Positions 8,221-14,173 of a stretch of 19,484 nucleotides of DNA are shown piece by piece. Source of the stretch: an uncultured Gammaproteobacteria bacterium (lineage in GTDB: Bacteria > Patescibacteriota > Microgenomatia > Daviesbacterales > UBA10151); contig CAYHYM010000010.1 in NCBI GenBank assembly GCA_964360965.1, forward strand, positions 1 to 19,484. The letters are read 5' to 3'. A program made the position numbers and the translations under genes. The notes beneath the pieces were generated by a model that did no database searches, was not told where the DNA came from, and saw only the letters and a program-made list of their open reading frames with translations. Each line of letters opens with the position of its first letter. The first letter of the stretch is position 1.

Positions 8221-8236
8221 GCAAACAATCTTAGCA
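8221..8236 (-). promoter_or_regulatory. Extended -10 promoter for uvrD, predicted leaderless
   Basis: Minus strand reads TGCTAAGAT (8236-8228), then 7 nt (tgtttgc), then ATG at 8220. Confidence 0.45.
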
Positions 8237-8397
8237 TTTTCTATTAAATTGTGAAACTGTTTTAGATATAGGGTGTAAGATTTCAGTCAAAATTTAGGTG
8301 ATTTTGCAATATTTTGAAGCTAGTATATTGAAAGATAAGGTATAATAACATTGAAATCTTACATCTGATTTTAGTTGTAGACAATTTTGGGAAGGGT

Positions 8398-8406
8398 TGT
8401 TAATAT
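8398..8406 (+). promoter_or_regulatory. Extended -10 box upstream of the thioredoxin gene
   Basis: TGTTAATAT at 8398-8406, 10 nt before ATG 8417. No Shine-Dalgarno sequence in between. Confidence 0.35.
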
Positions 8407-8416
8407 TTAAATTCTT

Positions 8417-8677
8417 ATGGCAGTTAAACTTTTGGATTTTTGGGCTGAGTGGTGTTTCCCGTGCCGTACAATGGCCCCAGTTTTAGAAGAGCTTGAGAAA
8501 GAACTAGCTGGTAAAGTGGAGATTGAGAAAATAAATGTTGATGAAAATCAGGCCAAGGCTTCTGAGTATGGAGTAATGAGTATTCCTACCTATATCATAG
8601 AAAAAGATGGCAAAGAGGTGGGAAGAAAAATAGGAGTGACTGCCAAAGCGGAGCTTTTAAAACTTCTTCAGAGTTAG
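8417..8677 (+). CDS. trxA: Short thioredoxin with WCFPC active site
   Basis: 86 aa. DFWAEWCFPCRTMAPVLEEL.., ..MSIPTYII.. (cis-Pro region). An in-frame TAA at 8408-8410 excludes a longer N-terminus. Confidence 0.85.
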   Translation: MAVKLLDFWAEWCFPCRTMAPVLEELEKELAGKVEIEKINVDENQAKASEYGVMSIPTYIIEKDGKEVGRKIGVTAKAELLKLLQS

Positions 8678-8700
8678 ATTCTTCGCTAATCGCTCAGAAT
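8678..8700 (+). repeat. Mini-repeat copy (attc-TTCGCTAATCGCTCA-gaat) immediately after the trx stop
   Basis: Core shares TTCG..CGCTCA with the other copies. 4-bp complementary clamp ATTC/GAAT. Begins 1 nt after the TAG at 8675-8677. Confidence 0.6.
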
Positions 8701-8712
8701 GACGGGGTGGGT

Positions 8713-9033
8713 ATGAATTTCAAAGATCGTGTAATTGAGATTGTAAAAAAGATTCCATATGGCAGGGTTACCACTTATGGTACAGTTGCTATTTTGGCAG
8801 GTGTTCCAAGGGGTGCCAGACTGGTGGGAGGAGTGTTGCATTTTAATGAAGAAAAAGCGCCTTGGCATAGAGTGATTAACAGGCATGGTTTTATCTCCAC
8901 CAAATGTTTGGAACATCCCAAAGCTTTACAAAAAGTTTTGCTTGAACAAGAAGATATAGAGGTTTCCCGGGATTTCATGATAGACTTGGATAGATATGGA
9001 TGGTGGGGAGAAAAACATTTGGATCATAGCTAA
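8713..9033 (+). CDS. Alkyltransferase-like protein (MGMT-family DNA-binding domain lacking the acceptor cysteine)
   Basis: ..IPYGRVTTYGTVAILAGVPRGARLVGGVL..APWHRVINRHG... The PCHRV active-site motif is PWHRV here (Cys to Trp), as in ATL proteins. The ORF track start is GTG 8707; ATG 8713 is equally possible. Confidence 0.8.
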   Translation: MNFKDRVIEIVKKIPYGRVTTYGTVAILAGVPRGARLVGGVLHFNEEKAPWHRVINRHGFISTKCLEHPKALQKVLLEQEDIEVSRDFMIDLDRYGWWGEKHLDHS

Positions 9034-9697
9034 TTGGAAAAGCAACAAAACAATAAGCGAAGCGTTAGACTGGATTTCTAAAGTTGGACCTAATATTCCT
9101 AAAAAAGATCCTTCGACAAGCTCAGGATTAAAAGTGGTGGTTTGTCCCACTTTTGTAGATATTGAAGAGGTAAAAAAGTCAGTTTTGGTTGGTAATTTTC
9201 CTATTATGATTGGATCTCAAGATTTATCCCCATATCCTGAAGGTTCTTTCACCGGTGAAGAGGCAGCATCTATTTTAAAACAATTTGTCAGCTTGGCCAT
9301 TTTGGGGCATTCTGAACGCCGAACTAATTTTGGAGAAACAGATAAGATGGTAGCTTTAAAGGTTAAACAGGCTCTTGATCACAATATCATTCCTCTTGTT
9401 TGTGTTCAGGGTGATCAAACTCCGGTGCCAGAAGGGTGTACACTGGCCGCTTATGAGCCGATCTTTGCCATAGGTACAGGACATGCTGATACGCCACAAG
9501 ATGCAGAGATGGTTGCCGGGTCTTTGAAAAAAAAGTATGGAGAGAATTTGCGGGTTTTGTATGGAGGCAGTGTAACAGCGGAAAACATCAAAGGATATAT
9601 AAGTCGGCAGAACATAAGTGGAGTTTTAGTGGGGAGCGCTTCACTTAATCCATCAGAGTTTTTGGAAATAGTGGACAAGGCAGCTTTGACAATATGA
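8996..9697 (+). CDS. tpiA: Triosephosphate isomerase
   Basis: 233 aa. IIANWKSNKT, ILGHSERR, AAYEPIFAIGTG, LYGGSV, VLVGSASL. 38-nt overlap with the ATL gene and an ATGA overlap with the next gene. Confidence 0.9.
   Translation: MDGGEKNIWIIANWKSNKTISEALDWISKVGPNIPKKDPSTSSGLKVVVCPTFVDIEEVKKSVLVGNFPIMIGSQDLSPYPEGSFTGEEAASILKQFVSLAILGHSERRTNFGETDKMVALKVKQALDHNIIPLVCVQGDQTPVPEGCTLAAYEPIFAIGTGHADTPQDAEMVAGSLKKKYGENLRVLYGGSVTAENIKGYISRQNISGVLVGSASLNPSEFLEIVDKAALTI
9107..9129 (+). repeat. Mini-repeat copy in-frame inside tpiA
   Basis: g-ATCC-TTCGACAAGCTCA-GGAT-t, encoding ..DPSTSSGL.. in the loop after the first helix. Confidence 0.6.
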
Positions 9698-10878
9698 AAT
9701 ATATAAATCTTAAATCCCGCCCAAAAAGGTTCTTCCTTAAAAAATTTTTACCTGTTTTTATTTTGTCCACGATAATCATCATTGTCGCATTAATTGTGTC
9801 CTCTTTGTCCGGGCCAGGACAGGTTTTTCGTTATGTTTTTCAGAGCAGTTTACTTAAATCAACAAATGGAAATATTAATGTATTACTTTTGGGTAATGCG
9901 GGAGGGCTTCATCAGGGAGCGCATCTGACAGATACGGTAATGGTGGCCTCATACAATTTGAAAAAAGACCAGCTTTTTCTAATATCTTTGCCCCGTGATC
10001 TTTGGATAGATGCTGTTTCGGGAAAATTAAACACAGTTTATGAAATTGGAGAGAGTAAAGAGGGAGGTCTTATCTTTGCCAAAAAAGTTATCGGCGATGT
10101 TTTGGGGATATCAATTCATTATGGTTTAAGAATGGATTTTACAGGTTTTGTTAAAGCGATTGATCAGGTGGGTGGGGTGAATATAGGTGTTGAGAGAAAT
10201 TTTGATGATTTTTATTATCCTATTGAAGGTAGAGAAAATGATTTGTGTGGGTGGGAGGAGGAAGAGGTAGAGTTTGATGAAGGGGAAGCTAAAAAATTAA
10301 ATATTGAGGCTGGTAAAAGAAGAGTTCTTATCAAAGATGGTAAGATCGCCACAGATTCAGCTGAGGAGAGTAAGGGTTTTGAATATTTTTCCTGTCGTTT
10401 TGAACATATCTTCTTTAATCAAGGGGCAACTCATATGGATGGAGAAACAGCCCTCAAGTTTGTTCGTTCAAGACATGGAACTGATGGAGAAGGATCTGAT
10501 TTCTCAAGATCTAAAAGACAGCAAAAGGTAATTGAGGCATTTAAAAATAAAGTTTTATCGCTAGAAACACTGGTTAACACTCAAAAAATTGCGGCGCTTG
10601 CTCAAACTTTTGGTAAAAGTTTGGATACTGATATTCATATTCCGGAAATTTTAGAATTTTATAAATTTAGTAAAAAAATACAGTTATCGCAGAATTTTAT
10701 TCTTTCTTCATCAGGTAAGGATAGTTTACTGATAAATCCGCCTGTTAAAGATTATGGTGGGTCATATGTCTTAATTCCCCGGGAAGGGGATTTTAAAATG
10801 ATTAAAGATTATGTTAAAAAGATCATCAAAGGAGAGATAGAAAATGAAGCTTCTACTTCTGCACGGTCCGGCAACTAA
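9694..10878 (+). CDS. LCP (LytR-CpsA-Psr) family cell-wall glycopolymer transferase
   Basis: 394 aa. N-terminal TM, NVLLLGNAGG..HLTDTVMVASYN..LISLPRDLWI.., ..MDGETALKFVRSRHG..DFSRSKRQQKVIEAF... Confidence 0.85.
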   Translation: MKYINLKSRPKRFFLKKFLPVFILSTIIIIVALIVSSLSGPGQVFRYVFQSSLLKSTNGNINVLLLGNAGGLHQGAHLTDTVMVASYNLKKDQLFLISLPRDLWIDAVSGKLNTVYEIGESKEGGLIFAKKVIGDVLGISIHYGLRMDFTGFVKAIDQVGGVNIGVERNFDDFYYPIEGRENDLCGWEEEEVEFDEGEAKKLNIEAGKRRVLIKDGKIATDSAEESKGFEYFSCRFEHIFFNQGATHMDGETALKFVRSRHGTDGEGSDFSRSKRQQKVIEAFKNKVLSLETLVNTQKIAALAQTFGKSLDTDIHIPEILEFYKFSKKIQLSQNFILSSSGKDSLLINPPVKDYGGSYVLIPREGDFKMIKDYVKKIIKGEIENEASTSARSGN

Positions 10879-11518
10879 TAGTTCTCGTACTAAACTTTTG
10901 GAGATCAAGAAAAAATTTGACCCCGAAAATGTGATTGTTTTCGAAAAGGGGGCTGATCCTAAGAATATTTTAGATACATTGGTGGCAACACCACTTTTTG
11001 GTGAGAATAAGTTAGTGTTGATAGAGAATCCAGCAGAAGACTTACCTTTACCAACTACCATGAACCATTTACCATATACTATGGTATTGTGGTTTGACCA
11101 TGAAATTGATCCCAAAATAAAAGGTGAAGTTTTATTTTTCCCGGAGGCGAAGGAAGTTTCTATATTTCCATTTTTGGACTATTTAGGAAATCGTGATAAA
11201 AAAGCTTTTCTTCAGATGGATAAATTAAAAAAAGCCCCACTTCGCCCCTTCAACAAAGCTCAGGGCTTCGCAGGTCAAGGCAGTGATACTCAGTACATCA
11301 TAACAATGATTTTTTATTTATTAAGAAACCTGGTCTATACTCCAAAAAGTGCCAAAGATTTTGTCAAAAAGAAAAATGCCAAAATGCGGGCCAATTTTTC
11401 TCAACAAGAGTTGGTAGATTTATATAAATTTGTTCTGGAAACTGATTTTAAATTAAAATCAGGGCTGATGGAATCCGAGCAAGCTGAGTTTTCACTGGTT
11501 AATCTTTTTTGCAATTAA
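10844..11518 (+). CDS. holA: DNA polymerase III delta subunit-like (short form)
   Basis: 224 aa. N-term MKLLLLHGP..LATPLFGENKLVLIENP and a C-terminal helical region resemble HolA. The assignment is by pattern only. Confidence 0.55.
   Translation: MKLLLLHGPATNSSRTKLLEIKKKFDPENVIVFEKGADPKNILDTLVATPLFGENKLVLIENPAEDLPLPTTMNHLPYTMVLWFDHEIDPKIKGEVLFFPEAKEVSIFPFLDYLGNRDKKAFLQMDKLKKAPLRPFNKAQGFAGQGSDTQYIITMIFYLLRNLVYTPKSAKDFVKKKNAKMRANFSQQELVDLYKFVLETDFKLKSGLMESEQAEFSLVNLFCN
11234..11281 (+). repeat. GC-rich mini-repeat-like insert in-frame inside the holA-like gene
   Basis: gccccaCTTCGccCCTTCAACAAAGCTCAGGGCTTCGcaggtcaaggc, encoding PLRPFNKAQGFAGQG. Contains the CCTTC(G/A)AC-AA-GCTCAGG core seen in tpiA. 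Confidence 0.5.
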
Positions 11519-12421
11519 ATCAAGGTCTTTTTGGTCAACAACCCCATCTGAATTTAAATCTGCTCTTTTATCTTTGGGATTTTTGCCCGCCTCGCGAAGT
11601 GGGCCAAAATTTTTTAAAATTATGGCATGGTCAGCAGCGTTAATAAAATTATCTGAGTTTAGGTCAAATTGTTGCAGTTCTGAAGGAGCAGATGTTTGTT
11701 TTTGGGTCAGATCCAAATTTTGTCCGATGATAAGAGATGTTGGTATTTTACCATCTTCTGACAGCTCAATCATGGCCCCTGCCTCTCCCTGATCAGATAA
11801 AATTTGTATTTTGGCCAAAGTATCTTTCAAATCCTGTTCTCTCAACTTATTTATGGGAATTATAAAATTACCAAGCTGGGTAACAATTGCAGATTGAGTA
11901 TTAGCGCCTGAGATTAAAAGATATGCTACACCATCCCTAATTGGCTGATCATTTTGTATGACCTGCCCTATGATTGGTTTAAAGTTATTATTCAGTTCTG
12001 AGGGGGAAGCAGTGGTAAATTTTTGAATCTCAGAAGTATTTACCGGAAAAATTTTAAAGAAATAGCCGGTTTGAGGTTTTAATTTTTTTAATGTCACATG
12101 ATGGATTTTTCTGGGATTGGGCGATGTTTTATCTCTATCATCTAAAACAGTCTGTTCTGATCCGCTACTTTCTCCAAATGTGATAAAACCTAAAGTAGCG
12201 GTAGAAGTTTGCCAGGATATGCTGATGGTTTCATCTTGAATATTTGTCAAAATAATATTTTTTGGCAACAGATCCGGAGTTGCCCGAGTGATAAAAGTTT
12301 GATTTTGAATAGTCAGAAGAACACCGACAATCATTCCCGCAAAAATAACAGCCAGTCCCAACAGTGTAGGTATTTTAAATTTATTTATAGCTGAGAGTTT
12401 ATTTTTTATAAATTCAGTCAT
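11492..12421 (-). CDS. Membrane-anchored FN3-like plus dockerin-repeat protein
   Basis: 309 aa. N-terminal TM (IPTLLGLAVIFAGMIVGVLLTI). FN3/PAP-N-like ..ISISWQTSTATLGFITFGES..HHVTLKKLKPQTGYFFKI... C-terminal paired Ca-binding dockerin-type repeats DLNSDNFINAADHAIILKNFG and ADLNSDGVVDQKDLDLIAKKI. Confidence 0.65.
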   Translation of the reverse strand: MTEFIKNKLSAINKFKIPTLLGLAVIFAGMIVGVLLTIQNQTFITRATPDLLPKNIILTNIQDETISISWQTSTATLGFITFGESSGSEQTVLDDRDKTSPNPRKIHHVTLKKLKPQTGYFFKIFPVNTSEIQKFTTASPSELNNNFKPIIGQVIQNDQPIRDGVAYLLISGANTQSAIVTQLGNFIIPINKLREQDLKDTLAKIQILSDQGEAGAMIELSEDGKIPTSLIIGQNLDLTQKQTSAPSELQQFDLNSDNFINAADHAIILKNFGPLREAGKNPKDKRADLNSDGVVDQKDLDLIAKKINQ

Positions 12422-12594
12422 GGCAAAAGCTTGATTGCATCTGTATCAAAATTGGGGTTTATTGGTTCAATAATCTGTTGCCAGGATGGCAATATTTCTA
12501 CCTGTGATCTTTTGTGTAAAATATCAAAACTCACCCAGGATAAGAAGGTGATAAAAGTGATAATGGCAATAATAAAAAATTCTTTCCTGGTCAT
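12418..12594 (-). CDS. Unlisted 58-aa single-pass membrane protein, translationally coupled on both sides
   Basis: Hand translation gives MTRKEFFIIAIITFITFLSWVSFDILHKRSQVEILPSWQQIIEPINPNFDTDAIKLLP. Its ATG (12594-12592) overlaps the pilO-like TGA (12593-12591), and its TGA (12420-12418) overlaps the next ATG (12421-12419). It exactly fills the only gap in the operon and falls below the ORF-track length cutoff. Confidence 0.55.
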   Translation of the reverse strand: MTRKEFFIIAIITFITFLSWVSFDILHKRSQVEILPSWQQIIEPINPNFDTDAIKLLP

Positions 12595-13196
12595 TTTAAA
12601 TAGAATGCCTTACCTGATACTGACATCAAAATATTTGAGCTCTCCGGAATTTTATTAAAAATTAAGCTGTCCAGAGAAATTAACCTTTGGCTCATCTCCA
12701 CATCTTGCAAGATGTTTAGTAGTTTATCATAAGATCCTTCTAAATTATAGGTAAACGATACTTCAGAAAGCTTAATTTTGTTCTCTTTTGACGGTTGTTG
12801 AATAGTTACCGGTTGGATTTGCAAGGCGGATATGGAAGCGTCATTTAAAAGAGCGATATCTTCCAATATTTGGATAATACTGTTAAGTTCAATGGCGGTA
12901 GGAATGGAAGTTTGGATTTTGTCTTTCGTTGAAGACTCAAGGCTTAAATAATTCTTTTTTGCCTCTGATAAATCTTTTGCTTTCTGGTTTATTTTTATTA
13001 AAACTTGTTGATAATCAGTTAATTTTTTTTGCAATACCAGTATTGTTTCGACGGTGGGCTTGATGGCAAAAAGGATGAAAATAGTTAAGATAGTAATGGT
13101 AAAAATGGGCAAACCATAATTTTTAACTATTGGGATTTTAGTAAGTGGCGCAATATAATTGAAATATCTAAAATATCTGTGAGATGTAGGTGTCAT
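12591..13196 (-). CDS. pilO: PilO-like type IV pilus alignment protein
   Basis: 201 aa. Short cytoplasmic N-terminus, one TM (LPIFTITILTIFILFAI), a coiled coil, then an alpha/beta domain ..YNLEGSYDKLLNILQDVEMSQRLISLDSL... 4-nt overlap with the pilN-like gene. Confidence 0.55.
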   Translation of the reverse strand: MTPTSHRYFRYFNYIAPLTKIPIVKNYGLPIFTITILTIFILFAIKPTVETILVLQKKLTDYQQVLIKINQKAKDLSEAKKNYLSLESSTKDKIQTSIPTAIELNSIIQILEDIALLNDASISALQIQPVTIQQPSKENKIKLSEVSFTYNLEGSYDKLLNILQDVEMSQRLISLDSLIFNKIPESSNILMSVSGKAFYLK

Positions 13197-13744
13197 ATGT
13201 TTAGAGTAATGGTAAAATTGATCAATCCCTGTTCAAAACCGATATTCGCTAAATTAACATCAGTGAAATTTTTATATTCGCGCAAGCCTTGCATAAAGGC
13301 GGTTATATCACTGTGATTTGTAGCAGATCCTGAAAGTTTGACATTAATCTTTCCGGCATCTCTTGCTAAATTGATATTGGTAATTTTGGTAGTTTGTGGT
13401 ATTTGTGAGGATATATTTTTAATGATCCCCCCAAAATTGGGTGAATTTTGGCGGATATCCTTAATGGTCAAAAGTTGCATTTGGACCTGTCTTATCAAAT
13501 TTTCATCTTGTTTTTGGCTTTCTAAAAAGGGTATTTGTGATTCTATATTTTCTTTTACATAGGCAATGTCTGCATCTAATTTAAAGCGGCTGATGAATGC
13601 GGTAAGTACTATAAACTCGACGGCTATGAGGATGAACCTGCCGGTTGATAGTAGCCATTTTAGTACTCTGAAGTAAATTCTCTCACCGGCCACCTGCGAT
13701 TTTAAAAGATCTATATAAACGCCGATTCTTTTGGCTTTGGGCAT
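13193..13744 (-). CDS. pilN: PilN-like type IV pilus alignment protein
   Basis: 183 aa. N-terminal ..VYIDLLKSQ.. resembles the PilM-binding INLLP motif. One TM (FILIAVEFIVLTAFI), a coiled coil, and C-terminal ..INVKLSGSATNHSDITAFMQGLREYKNFTDVNL... Confidence 0.6.
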   Translation of the reverse strand: MPKAKRIGVYIDLLKSQVAGERIYFRVLKWLLSTGRFILIAVEFIVLTAFISRFKLDADIAYVKENIESQIPFLESQKQDENLIRQVQMQLLTIKDIRQNSPNFGGIIKNISSQIPQTTKITNINLARDAGKINVKLSGSATNHSDITAFMQGLREYKNFTDVNLANIGFEQGLINFTITLNI

Positions 13745-13759
13745 GGATACATTATACCA
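13745..13759 (-). promoter_or_regulatory. Extended -10 promoter for the pilN-like gene, predicted leaderless
   Basis: Minus strand reads TGGTATAAT (13759-13751), then 6 nt (gtatcc), then ATG at 13744. The 9-mer is identical to the one upstream of sbcD. Confidence 0.5.
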
Positions 13760-13810
13760 GCCCTTTTTATATTTGCTACAAACCCCCTGCTACTATGGAG
13801 TGGGAGTAAG

Positions 13811-14110
13811 CTATGATTTTTTAGTTTTTCTGACAATTTTTTTCTTAGAGGTTTTCTTAGCTGTTTTGCTAGTAGGGGTAGAAATGCCTTTTGCTAGTCT
13901 GGATTTTAATCTGGAGGCTTTGTTGGGATGGATCAGATGTACCTTGGCTGCTTTGTCCAGGGCCGAAAAAACAGCTTGTAAGTTGGCTGGAGTTTTTTGC
14001 AATCTGGCTTTTTTAATTAAAGTCTTAAGTTGGTCCTTTCGTTTTTTATTACGCAGAGTCCTCACCCGATCTTTCCTCATTTTTTTAATGGCTGACTTGA
14101 TGATAGGCAT
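13811..14110 (-). CDS. rpsT: 30S ribosomal protein S20
   Basis: MPIIKSAIKKMRKDRVRTLRNKKRKDQLKTLIKK..ALDKAAKVHLIHPNKASRLKSRLAK.. with a Lys-rich tail. The ORF track start 14131 adds MLTLPTY. A TGTTAACAT box (14130-14122) overlaps that ATG, which favours 14110. Confidence 0.85.
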   Translation of the reverse strand: MPIIKSAIKKMRKDRVRTLRNKKRKDQLKTLIKKARLQKTPANLQAVFSALDKAAKVHLIHPNKASRLKSRLAKGISTPTSKTAKKTSKKKIVRKTKKS

Positions 14111-14121
14111 ATATGTGGGTA

Positions 14122-14130
14122 ATGTTAACA
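14122..14130 (-). promoter_or_regulatory. Extended -10 box upstream of rpsT
   Basis: Minus strand reads TGTTAACAT, 11 nt before ATG 14110. Confidence 0.35.
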
Positions 14131-14160
14131 TAGTGTCTTCTCTTGCGCAATCTGTCAGTG

Positions 14161-14166
14161 TACAAT
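14161..14166 (+). promoter_or_regulatory. -10 box directly upstream of murJ, predicted leaderless
   Basis: TACAAT at 14161-14166, then 7 nt (ttgagct), then ATG at 14174. No Shine-Dalgarno sequence and no properly spaced -35. Confidence 0.35.
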
Positions 14167-14173
14167 TTGAGCT

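Noticed and set aside
8328-8346. TTGAAA (8328-8333) plus TATAAT (8341-8346) as a sigma-70 promoter
   Set aside because: The spacer is only 7 nt. The alternative -35 TTGAAG (8314-8319) gives 21 nt. Neither spacing is functional, so the hexamer alone is not called as a promoter.
8221-8416. tRNA or small RNA gene in the larger intergenic spacers (8221-8416, 18289-18434)
   Set aside because: No cloverleaf-compatible stems or conserved T-loop/anticodon features are visible. These regions are explained by promoters, a terminator, CIRCE and repeat copies.
4389-11792. Short ORFs 4389-4640, 5783-5983, 5865-6089, 6086-6289, 6698-6880, 8686-8916, 8775-8978, 8926-9150, 9451-9678, 10304-10531, 10771-11115 and 11574-11792
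   Set aside because: All are nested in or antisense to longer ORFs with clear family signatures. They show no independent motifs or start signals.
12209-13562. Plus-strand ORFs 12209-12394, 12431-12658 and 13338-13562
   Set aside because: They are antisense to the tightly coupled minus-strand pilus-like operon. The gap they partly cover is better explained by the 58-aa minus-strand ORF with ATGA overlaps.
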